A DNA stretch of 21,168 nucleotides from Abditibacteriaceae bacterium (GTDB lineage: Bacteria > Armatimonadota > Abditibacteriia > Abditibacteriales > Abditibacteriaceae), in the NCBI GenBank assembly GCA_031372065.1, contig JANMKN010000029.1, positions 1 through 21,168 on the forward strand, written 5' to 3'. Shown here piece by piece: positions 9,064 through 17,051 of this stretch (position 1 is the stretch's first letter; each line of letters begins with the position of its first letter). The translations under genes were made by a program, and so were the position numbers. Under the pieces are notes generated by a model, which was not told where the DNA came from, made no database searches, and worked only from the letters and a program-made list of their open reading frames with translations.

Positions 9064-10047
9064 ATGAACGCGACATTAATCAAGCGCCTTTTTCGTGTCA
9101 TCCAATCGGGGTCGCCCTCCGATGTGGAGGTGCTTTGTCGCCGAATTATAGACGAAGAGAGAAAGCGGGGGCATGGGCGAGTTGCACAAGAATTGGAACA
9201 GATTCTCGGCGATAAACGCTTGCCGAAGTCCGCACCTGTTACCGATTCCTTACAGCCACTTCCGACCAGCCGCCGCAATGATGCGCCATTGGTTCAAGTG
9301 GTGCTACTTGAGCAACTGCGCCATCATATGGTGCTACCCCCCTCCGTGGAAAGCCGTTTCCTCCGTATTGAGAAGGAATTTGCGGCACGCACGCGGCTTG
9401 CCAAACACGGATTGCGGCCTCGACAACGCATCCTTTTGTATGGCCCGCCGGGGTGCGGAAAAAGCCTCGCGGCGGAGCGTTTGGCGTGGAATACGGGGCT
9501 GCCCTTGCACAAAGTTCGCTTCGACACGCTAATGTCTTCTTTTTTCGGTGAGACATTGGCGAATTTACGCTCAATTTTTGTCTCCGCACAAGCTACACCG
9601 ATTGCGCTTTTTTTGGATGAATGTGATACCTTGGCACGGTCTCGAACCGAGCGTAACGATGTTGGTGAGGTCAATCGTATTACTAATGCTCTTCTTGAAA
9701 TGCTGGAAGATTTCAATGGACAGGGGCTTGTGATAGCGGCTACAAACTTAGATTCTGCGTTGGATTCTGCCTTGTTTCGTAGGTTTGATGAGGTGCTAAA
9801 AGTGCCTCTGCCGGGTATAGACGAAATAACGCGATTGCTGAAAGAAACACTCTCTGCCATCGAGACGCACCCGTCTGTGGAGTGGCGTCAGCTTGCCCAT
9901 GCTATGGATGGGATGTCCTGTTCGGCTGTTGTCCGCGTCGCTCAAAATGCCGCCAAGGATAGTGTGCTCAGTGGTCGCCATAGTGTGACTCAAGAAGATA
10001 TTCAACACGCTCTGGATGAAATTCACGAAAGGCAAGAACCGATTTAA
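9064..10047 (+). CDS. ietA: AAA+ ATPase, IetA-like
   Basis: Walker A GPPGCGKS, Walker B LFLDECD, sensor AATN and Arg-finger region LDSALFRRFD. Ends 3 nt before an S8 protease gene. Confidence 0.85.
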   Translation: MNATLIKRLFRVIQSGSPSDVEVLCRRIIDEERKRGHGRVAQELEQILGDKRLPKSAPVTDSLQPLPTSRRNDAPLVQVVLLEQLRHHMVLPPSVESRFLRIEKEFAARTRLAKHGLRPRQRILLYGPPGCGKSLAAERLAWNTGLPLHKVRFDTLMSSFFGETLANLRSIFVSAQATPIALFLDECDTLARSRTERNDVGEVNRITNALLEMLEDFNGQGLVIAATNLDSALDSALFRRFDEVLKVPLPGIDEITRLLKETLSAIETHPSVEWRQLAHAMDGMSCSAVVRVAQNAAKDSVLSGRHSVTQEDIQHALDEIHERQEPI

Positions 10048-10050
10048 GCT

Positions 10051-12891
10051 ATGCCCAGCCAATCAAAATTTCCACATCTGCAACTGGCGTTTCGGGGAAC
10101 ATTTGCCCCCAAGTTTTCTGGTGGTGGAGAAACTAATACCGAAGTCAAGGCAAATAAAAGCAACTCAAAAGTTCACGCTCATAAGATTCGCGATATTCTT
10201 GACCAAATGCGCCAAGATGATGCACAAAAACGTCAAGAGCGCCAAGTGCAAGGGTTACCCGAAATCCCTGCTGATAAGGGATTCTTATTAAGGCTTCCCG
10301 AAGGCGAAGACATTGATGATATCGTTCATGCACTTGGGGGTGAGTTAGTGGCCGAAACCGATGAAGGTTATGTCTTGGCTTCAACGGAAGACCTCGTATT
10401 CGAGAAACTGGAAGAGGTTTTAAGTAAGTTTGAGATGCATCAAGTCGGTGGAGGTATGGCGGCCTCGCTGCTTGATTTCTACAGTCAAGAAGACGAACCG
10501 AAACGCTTGGAACGGATTCTCACGCCAGAGGTATTGGCTTTGTGGCCGTTCGAGGATGCCACAACCTATACATTTGATCTTGGTATTCAAACCGCAACGA
10601 GCACGCGGGATATGAAATGGCCTCGTGTGAAGAAGCGGAAAGCAGAATCAGATTTAGAATTTGAGCGAAGAAAAGCAAAAGCGCGGGAAGATGCTTGGGA
10701 CAATGCAAATCGTGAATGGGACGACAAAGCCGATGAACGTGTGGGCGAATTGCATCCATTTATTCAGCACTATAGCGGAGAAATCATATCGGGAATGATT
10801 TCTGACCCCGCGCAACAATCTGAACGCGGCATGGTATTTCCTGATAGTGTGCAAGTGCGCGTGCGGATGAATGGGGCTGGATTCAAAGATGTGATTTTAA
10901 ATTTCGCTCACTTGTTTGAAGTAGCTTTGCCAGAAGAGGTGCAGCGAGAGGCCGATGAAAATCAAGACAAAGCTGATGCGCCCACCCCTGCAATTAATTC
11001 TCCTGCCCCTGATGCGCCCGCTGTTTGTGTCATAGATAGTGGTATCCAAGAAGGCCATCGCTGGCTGGAACCTGCGATTGATTCAGTAACCAGTCGGTGT
11101 TTTTTGCCAGACGTTGAGGAAAATGATGTGGCCGATTATGTTCGTCCTCAAGGCCACGGCACAGGGGTAGCAGGTGCGGTTCTATATCCCTATGAAATTC
11201 CCAAAACAGGCACGGTTACGCCAGTAGCTTGGATTCAGAACGCACGGGTTTTAGATAACGAGAATGTTTTACCTATCGAACTCACCCCGGAAGATTATCT
11301 TCATCGGGTTATCACGCATTTCCATACCGCGCCACGTTTCACCAAAATATTCAATCATTCGATCAATGAACGAGTAGCTTGCCACGAAAACCGAATGACA
11401 GCTTGGGCGGCCAAATTGGATCAACTATCGCACGAAAAAGACGTGTTGTTTATCCAATCGGCAGGTAATCAGAGTAAGAGTGGTTTAATGGACTTATTAG
11501 CCGATGGAAAACTTCCTCCTGAGCATTATTGGGAGGATGCAATGCGTGTTGCCAATCCCGCGCAGAGCCTTCACGCGCTGACTGTCGGCTCTGTATCTGG
11601 CGCGGTATTTGATGATGATGACCAGCGCTCGTTTGCTGCTGGTTTACACCGGCCCTCTGGTTTTAGCCGTGCTGGATATGGGCAACCGTGGTCAGTTGTT
11701 AAACCTGAAGTTGTGGAAATTGGTGGCGATTTTGTCTTTGAAAAAGAACCACCCCACATTGTCCGAAATCGGAGCGAGGTTGCAATCGAATTGCTCAATT
11801 CGACAATGCATGGGCAGCCTGCGTATTCTAAAGACGGGGTAGGCACGTCGTTTGCCGCCCCAAAGGTGGCGCATATTGCGGCGCATCTGCAAAATCTCTT
11901 TCCCATCGCCTCGCCATTGCTTTATCGCGCTCTGATTGTGCAAAGCGCCCGTTGGCCGCAATGGGCAGAGCGTGAGGCAAGAACAAATACCGATAAAGTG
12001 CTCCGCTTGATTGGTTATGGCCTTCCATCGTTGGAGAGGGCAACGACCAACTCCGCAGCACGAGTGACATTAACTACGCCGGATGCGGTGGAGATTTCAA
12101 GCAAAAAACTTCACCTCTACACGGTTCGTATTCCTGAGGGATTACGAAATGCGGCATTAGAAGCGAAGATTCGGGTTGATGTGACGCTGGCATATACAGC
12201 ATTGCCCCGTCGCACTCGTTCCCGTCGCACCGGATATTTGGAAACATGGTTGGATTGGGAAGCCAGCCGTCTCCGTGAGCCGCAAGATGTGTTTTTAGAA
12301 AGAATGCAAGAGGGAGGATTTGCCCAAAGTGAGTTCATAGGGGCTTTCACACTTGGAGGCCTCCTTTCTGCAATCCGATCAGTAAATATTTCTATTCCAA
12401 ATGCGGCGTCAGATATCGAAGCGCTTAATAAGTTATTGGCAGAACGAAATTTATATGCAAAATTACCGAACGTCAATTTGTCAACAACGGCACTTGAACT
12501 AAAGCAGCGCGTAGCAAAATTGCAAAAGCGAACCTTAATGAAACTAAACCGCATGATTCTTGAATCTGCTTTTACAGAATGCCCCAAAAGTATGTCTTAT
12601 ACCAATTTTCCGTGGATTCTGCATACCAATACCAATTCTGGAGATGCTGATGAAACCAGTCGGAATCGAGGAACTGTTCAAAAAGATTGGGCTGTTTTCG
12701 ATTCTTACAATATACCCGAAGAATTCTCTATTGCGGTGCGTGCCCATGTGGGATGGAATCACCGCGATGGAGAAGCTAAGGCACGGTATTGTCTTGTTGT
12801 TTCCTTTGAGGTAGGCGAAGGTGAAGTGCCGATTTATGCGCTTATAGAGGCCGAAAATCGAGTGGAAGTAGAAAGCGAAATTCAAACATAA
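10051..12891 (+). CDS. ietS: Cytoplasmic S8 (subtilisin-like) serine protease, IetS-like
   Basis: Triad D329 (VIDSG), H369 (GHGTGVAG), S600 (GTSFAAP) and oxyanion N473 (SAGN). No signal peptide. C-terminal RGTVQKDW..RYCLVVS is typical of this group. Confidence 0.87.
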   Translation: MPSQSKFPHLQLAFRGTFAPKFSGGGETNTEVKANKSNSKVHAHKIRDILDQMRQDDAQKRQERQVQGLPEIPADKGFLLRLPEGEDIDDIVHALGGELVAETDEGYVLASTEDLVFEKLEEVLSKFEMHQVGGGMAASLLDFYSQEDEPKRLERILTPEVLALWPFEDATTYTFDLGIQTATSTRDMKWPRVKKRKAESDLEFERRKAKAREDAWDNANREWDDKADERVGELHPFIQHYSGEIISGMISDPAQQSERGMVFPDSVQVRVRMNGAGFKDVILNFAHLFEVALPEEVQREADENQDKADAPTPAINSPAPDAPAVCVIDSGIQEGHRWLEPAIDSVTSRCFLPDVEENDVADYVRPQGHGTGVAGAVLYPYEIPKTGTVTPVAWIQNARVLDNENVLPIELTPEDYLHRVITHFHTAPRFTKIFNHSINERVACHENRMTAWAAKLDQLSHEKDVLFIQSAGNQSKSGLMDLLADGKLPPEHYWEDAMRVANPAQSLHALTVGSVSGAVFDDDDQRSFAAGLHRPSGFSRAGYGQPWSVVKPEVVEIGGDFVFEKEPPHIVRNRSEVAIELLNSTMHGQPAYSKDGVGTSFAAPKVAHIAAHLQNLFPIASPLLYRALIVQSARWPQWAEREARTNTDKVLRLIGYGLPSLERATTNSAARVTLTTPDAVEISSKKLHLYTVRIPEGLRNAALEAKIRVDVTLAYTALPRRTRSRRTGYLETWLDWEASRLREPQDVFLERMQEGGFAQSEFIGAFTLGGLLSAIRSVNISIPNAASDIEALNKLLAERNLYAKLPNVNLSTTALELKQRVAKLQKRTLMKLNRMILESAFTECPKSMSYTNFPWILHTNTNSGDADETSRNRGTVQKDWAVFDSYNIPEEFSIAVRAHVGWNHRDGEAKARYCLVVSFEVGEGEVPIYALIEAENRVEVESEIQT

Positions 12892-12908
12892 CCTATATTT
12901 GGAAGAAG

Positions 12909-12944
12909 AAAAAGCGAGGCTGAAATTATCAGCCTCGCTTTTTT
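12909..12944. terminator. Bidirectional intrinsic terminator
   Basis: AAAAAGCGAGGCTGA-aatta-TCAGCCTCGCTTTTTT between the convergent S8 protease and aldehyde dehydrogenase genes. Confidence 0.9.
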
Positions 12945-14511
12945 AGCGCGTCAATTTTCCATCCACAAGGCGCATAATGCCGAGCGGATTTTCATTTTTT
13001 AGTTCGTCGGGCAGGGCCGTATCAGGGAAGTTTTGCCAGCAAACAGCGCGGGCGAAACGAAAAATCGCGCGGGTGCCCACCGAAGTCGAACGGCCATCGC
13101 CTGTCGCCGGATACGGCCCGCCATGAACCATCGCGGGCGCGACTTCGACACCTGTCGGAAAACCGCCAAATAACAAGCGTCCGGCCTTATCTTCCAGCAA
13201 GGAAATCAAGTCGGCGTTAGTCGCTAATTCGTCATTCGTGGCGTGCAAAGTCGCTGTTAATTGTCCGTCGAGTAGGCGCAGAGATTGGCGCAATTCATCG
13301 GCGTTTTCGTAGCGCACCAGTAGGGTTGACGGGCCGAAAACTTCGTCCATTAAGTCGGGGTTTTTCGGCAACTGCGCAGCGGTAATTTCAGAAAGCGCGG
13401 CGCCGACTTCGCTTTCGCTGGTTCCGATTTGCACACGCTTTTCGGCACCCGCTTCGTGCAATTTTGCGAGGCTTTTTTTGTAAGCGTTTCTGATATTTGG
13501 CGTCAGCATCGTGCCGGGCGCGGCGCCTTTTAATTTTGCGGCGAGTTCTTCTGAAAACGCATCGCCGTCTGCACCTTGCTGCACAAAAACAAGGCCCGGA
13601 TTGGTGCAAAACTGCCCGACGCCCAGCGTCACCGAAGCCTGCAATCCCGCTGCGATTTCGCTGCCTTTTTCCGCGAGCGCGCCCGGCAAAATGACAACCG
13701 GATTAACGCTGCTCATTTCGGTATAAACCGTAATCGGCTGTTCGCGCGATGCCGCTGCATCCATCAAAGCGCGCCCACCAAAATGCGAACCTGTAAATCC
13801 AACAGCTTTGACCAATGGATGTTTCACCAAAGCCAAACCAACCTCGTGCCCACCATCAAACAGCAACGCAAAAACGCCCGCAGGCAAACCGCAATCGGCC
13901 ACCGCCTTTTGAAGGACGCGGCCCACGATTTCACCCGTGCCAGGGTGCGCCGGATGCGCTTTGACGATGACCGGGCAGCCCGCTGCTAAGGCCGAAGCTG
14001 TGTCGCCGCCCGCCACAGAATACGCGAGAGGAAAATTGCTGGCGCCGAAAACCGCAACGGGGCCAATAGGACGCAGCATCGAACGCAAATCGGGCTTAGG
14101 CAAGGGTAAGCGCTCCGCGTTGCCGCGATCAATGCGCGCTTCGACCCACGAGCCTTCTTCGACGAGTTCGGCAAATGCCAAAAACTGCCCCGTGGTGCGG
14201 CCCAATTCGCCTTCGAGTCGCGCAACTGGTAATGCTGTTTCTTGCGTGGCACGTTCAATGATTTCGGTTTTCGCGGCGCTCAGTCCGGCAGCGATGGCGC
14301 GCAAAAACTGGCCTTTTGCTTTGCCGCTGCAATTTTTGTAAAGCGCAAAAGCCTCGTGTGCGCTTTGCGCGGCGCGGTTTACATCTTCGCTTGTCGCGCT
14401 GAAAAACGCTGGTTCGAGATTTTTGCCTGTTGCCGCATTAAGGGCGTGAAATGCATCGCCAGATGAATTTGTTGTGCTACCGTCGATGAGAGATTTTCCT
14501 TCAAGTTGCAT
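12943..14511 (-). CDS. Alpha-ketoglutarate semialdehyde dehydrogenase (NADP+ ALDH family)
   Basis: GASNFPLAYSVAGGDTASALAAG, VKAHPAHP, GFTGS, EMSSVNP, GQFCTNPG and EVFGP motifs. Hydroxyproline-pathway context. ATG 14511 preferred over TTG 14523. Confidence 0.88.
   Translation of the reverse strand: MQLEGKSLIDGSTTNSSGDAFHALNAATGKNLEPAFFSATSEDVNRAAQSAHEAFALYKNCSGKAKGQFLRAIAAGLSAAKTEIIERATQETALPVARLEGELGRTTGQFLAFAELVEEGSWVEARIDRGNAERLPLPKPDLRSMLRPIGPVAVFGASNFPLAYSVAGGDTASALAAGCPVIVKAHPAHPGTGEIVGRVLQKAVADCGLPAGVFALLFDGGHEVGLALVKHPLVKAVGFTGSHFGGRALMDAAASREQPITVYTEMSSVNPVVILPGALAEKGSEIAAGLQASVTLGVGQFCTNPGLVFVQQGADGDAFSEELAAKLKGAAPGTMLTPNIRNAYKKSLAKLHEAGAEKRVQIGTSESEVGAALSEITAAQLPKNPDLMDEVFGPSTLLVRYENADELRQSLRLLDGQLTATLHATNDELATNADLISLLEDKAGRLLFGGFPTGVEVAPAMVHGGPYPATGDGRSTSVGTRAIFRFARAVCWQNFPDTALPDELKNENPLGIMRLVDGKLTR
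12946..12981. repeat. Right copy of the island-flanking direct repeat (current last 12 codons of the aldehyde dehydrogenase gene)
   Basis: GCGCGTCAATTTTCCATCCACAAGGCGCATAATGCC versus GCGCGTCAATTCGCCATCCAACAAGCGCATAATGCC at 8941-8976. Confidence 0.88.
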
Positions 14512-14519
14512 GATATTTT

Positions 14520-15410
14520 TCAAAATTGCGGACGATTTTTCAGGCCGTCGTGGATAATTTGCAAAGCGTCCTCGCGTTCGCTGCCTTCGACGACCAAACG
14601 CGGGGCACGCACGCGTTCATCGCCCATGCCCGCTTCCTGTTGCGCTAATTTGATGAGTTGCACAAATTTCGGCACGGTGTCCAAGCGCAGCAAGGGCAAA
14701 AACCACTTGTAAATGCGAAAGGCCTCGTCGCTTTGCCCATCGCGCGCCGCTTCAAACAGTTTGACCGATTCGCGCGGAAAAGCGTTGACCAAACCGGCAA
14801 TCCAGCCGACAGCGCCCATCGCCACGCCTTCGACAATGGCATCGTCCATACCGACCAAAATGTTCAATCTGTCGCCGCACAAGGCGCGAATCCAAACCAC
14901 GCGGCGCACATCGCCGCTTGATTCTTTGACGGCGTGCAAATTCGGAAATTCATCGGCCAGTTCGCGGATTTGCTCCGGCGTGAAATCGGTTTTATAGGCG
15001 ATAGGATTGTTGTAAAGCATACACGAAAGCGGCGTCGCTTCGATGATCGCCGCGATGTGCGCCTTCATTTCGCGCCAGTCCGTCGAGTAAACATAAGGCG
15101 GCAAAACCATGAGGCCTTGACAGCCAACTTCCTGTGCGGCCTCGGCCAGTTTCACGGCTTCATCCGTCGAAAGCGAGGAAATTCCAGCCACGACAGGATC
15201 GGGATTTATCGCCTCAACTAACGTTTTCAAAACGGCGACTTTTTCATCGAAAGTTAAAGTCGCGCCTTCGCCAAGCGAGCCGAGCGCGACGACACCTTGA
15301 CAGCCGTTTTCGGTCATCCATTGCGCGTGTCGCGCCAGAAATTTGTGGTCAATTTCACCGTTTTCGTTAAACGGTGTGGTGATGGCGGGAATAACGCCTT
15401 GCCAATTCAT
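14520..15410 (-). CDS. DHDPS/NAL family enzyme, probable delta1-pyrroline-4-hydroxy-2-carboxylate deaminase
   Basis: PAITTPF, GSLGE (not DapA GTTGE), LYNNP and Schiff-base KESSGD. Lies between the D-amino-acid dehydrogenase and KGSA dehydrogenase genes. Confidence 0.82.
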   Translation of the reverse strand: MNWQGVIPAITTPFNENGEIDHKFLARHAQWMTENGCQGVVALGSLGEGATLTFDEKVAVLKTLVEAINPDPVVAGISSLSTDEAVKLAEAAQEVGCQGLMVLPPYVYSTDWREMKAHIAAIIEATPLSCMLYNNPIAYKTDFTPEQIRELADEFPNLHAVKESSGDVRRVVWIRALCGDRLNILVGMDDAIVEGVAMGAVGWIAGLVNAFPRESVKLFEAARDGQSDEAFRIYKWFLPLLRLDTVPKFVQLIKLAQQEAGMGDERVRAPRLVVEGSEREDALQIIHDGLKNRPQF

Positions 15411-15682
15411 AAAAATGTCCTTTTTCTCTTATGCAGCCTTCCGGCAGCGCTATGCAGCCTCCCGGCAGCGTTGTGACCTGAAATGTAAACCTTGTGCAGC
15501 CTCCGGTTAGCTTAGTGCAGCGTCCGGCTAACTCTGTGTAACGTCCGGTTAGCCTTGTGACACGTTCGGTTAGCTTAGTGCAGGGTCAGGGTAGCGTTGT
15601 GTAGCGTCCGGTTAACCTTGTGTAGGGTCAGGGCAGGCTTGTGTAGCGTCCGAGTAGCCTTGTGCAGCCTTTCGGGAGCCAT
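15407..15682 (-). other. His-heptad small ORF or pseudogene encoded by the array (35-aa first segment at 15575-15682, two in-frame TAA)
   Basis: MAPERLH KATRTLH KPALTLH KVNRTLH NATLTLH *ANRTCH KANRTLH RVSRTLH *ANRRLH KVYISGH NAAGRLH SAAGRLH KRKRTFL*. AAAGG upstream of the ATG. The final TGA overlaps the next gene's ATG. Confidence 0.45.
15430..15681. repeat. Tandem array of 12 degenerate 21-bp units (consensus ~TGTGCAGCGTCCGGTTAGCCT)
   Basis: Units start at 15430, 15451, 15472, 15493, 15514, 15535, 15556, 15577, 15598, 15619, 15640 and 15661. Exact 21-nt period, no indels, no spacers. Confidence 0.93.
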
Positions 15683-15704
15683 AAAATGCCTTTAGAGAGT
15701 CTCT

Positions 15705-16961
15705 TTAGCCATAACGATCAGGATTGAGCATCGGCGATTCGACTTGCAACGGCTCACCGGAAATGGCTTGCGAGAGTAGCAAACCGGTAATCGGGCCAAG
15801 ACTGAGGCCCAGCATGGCGTGGCCGGCGCCAATCGAAAGGTTGCTAAAGCGTGCTGTGCGCCCCACATACGGCAATCCATCCGGCGAGCAGGGACGCAGA
15901 CCAACCCACGGTTGCACGCCCACAAAATCGGCGTCGCTAAATTCAGGAAAATACAGCGGCACCGATTTTTTGATGCCGCGAATGCGCGCCGGATTGATGT
16001 TAGTGTTGAGTCCCGCGATTTCCATCGTGCCCGCGAAACGCAATTGATTTCCCATTGGAGTGACGGCCACGCGCCGCTCGACAAAAATCGTCGGCATTGC
16101 GGGTTGTGAATGCGGCTGCGGCAACGTTAGGCTGTAACCTTTGCCCGCTTGCAGCGGGATTTTTAAAGCAAGTTCGCGCACTATTGAGGTTGACCACGAG
16201 CCACCGCACAAAACGAATTCATCGCCCTCAATTCCGCCTTCACTGGTGAGCGCTGCGTGAATTTTTTGGCTGCCTCGCTTCCAGCCTGTCACTTCGGTAT
16301 TCCAAATGAAATTCACGTTTTGCGCTGCGAGTTTTTCCTGCAAACGCGCCATCAACTTGTGCGGTGCCATGTGGCAGTCGTCCGCGAAATAAACCGCGCC
16401 GCAGGCCTCCAATTTCACATTTGGGTTACGCTCTTGTGTTTGCCGGGCATCCAAAACTTCAGCTTGCAGTCCTAAACTTTGCGCCAGTTGTGCAACTTCG
16501 GCTTCTTCGTCCAAAGTGTGCTGAGTTTTACAAAGCATCATCATGCCGTTTTTGGCGAAATCGAAATCGCCCAGTTGGTCATCTAATTCTTCAAAACAAG
16601 CGCGCGAAGCCATGTTCAACTGGCAAAGCAGCGGCGCGCTACGCTGGACGTGCGCTTTGGTGCCCGCGCGAAAAAACTGCCAGCCCCACGAAATCAAGTC
16701 AGGCGCGAGACGCGGGCGCACATAAAACGGACTTTCCGGGTCGCGCATCCATTTCAGGCCCATCATCATCATGCCGGGCGCGGCAAGCGGCACAATATGG
16801 CTCGGCGTCACATAACCGGCGTTGCCGAACGAGCAATTCTGTGTCGTAGGCTCGCCGCGATCTACAATGGTAATCTGGTAATCGCGCTGCGCCAAGTAAT
16901 AAGCGCAACTCAGGCCCATGATGCCGCCACCGATGATAACAACGCGTTTTGGATCGCTCAT
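15705..16961 (-). CDS. FAD-dependent D-amino-acid dehydrogenase (DadA-like), probable cis-4-hydroxy-D-proline dehydrogenase
   Basis: VIIGGGIMG, CSFGNAG, GKGYSL, WVGLRPCSPDGLP and GHAMLGLSLGPITG motifs. ATG 16961 puts the FAD motif at the N-terminus and avoids overlap with gntR. Confidence 0.83.
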   Translation of the reverse strand: MSDPKRVVIIGGGIMGLSCAYYLAQRDYQITIVDRGEPTTQNCSFGNAGYVTPSHIVPLAAPGMMMMGLKWMRDPESPFYVRPRLAPDLISWGWQFFRAGTKAHVQRSAPLLCQLNMASRACFEELDDQLGDFDFAKNGMMMLCKTQHTLDEEAEVAQLAQSLGLQAEVLDARQTQERNPNVKLEACGAVYFADDCHMAPHKLMARLQEKLAAQNVNFIWNTEVTGWKRGSQKIHAALTSEGGIEGDEFVLCGGSWSTSIVRELALKIPLQAGKGYSLTLPQPHSQPAMPTIFVERRVAVTPMGNQLRFAGTMEIAGLNTNINPARIRGIKKSVPLYFPEFSDADFVGVQPWVGLRPCSPDGLPYVGRTARFSNLSIGAGHAMLGLSLGPITGLLLSQAISGEPLQVESPMLNPDRYG

Positions 16962-16997
16962 TAACGTTCTCGCACTAAGATTATCGAACGCCTTTGA

Positions 16998-17037
16998 ATT
17001 TAGCATACTATCTGGTATACCAGCAAGTATGCCAAAT
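16998..17037. promoter_or_regulatory. Palindromic operator, probably for the adjacent GntR/FadR regulator
   Basis: ATTT-a-GCATACT-at-CTGGTATACCAG-ca-AGTATGC-c-AAAT. Perfect 12-bp core at 17012-17023 in the divergent intergenic region. TGGTATACCA resembles FadR-subfamily boxes. Confidence 0.75.
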
Positions 17038-17051
17038 GAAGGAAAATCCTT

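Larger units (their letters stand above)
8977..12969. mobile_element. Small defence island inserted in the 3' end of the aldehyde dehydrogenase gene, no integrase
   Basis: Bounded by the imperfect direct repeat. Contains only the ATPase/S8 pair and its own terminator. Codons look more A/T-ending than in flanking genes (by eye). Confidence 0.7.

Noticed and set aside
9324..9860. 178-aa minus-strand ORF in the ATPase gene (and 12117-12587 in the protease gene) as a hidden antitoxin
   Set aside because: Antisense shadows with Ser/Arg-rich composition and no motifs.
14520..15410. Annotation as dapA (lysine biosynthesis)
   Set aside because: GSLGE instead of GTTGE, and the hydroxyproline-pathway context favours the deaminase.
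15430..15681. CRISPR array interpretation of the 21-bp repeats
   Set aside because: Units are contiguous and degenerate with no unique spacers, and there are no cas genes in the window.
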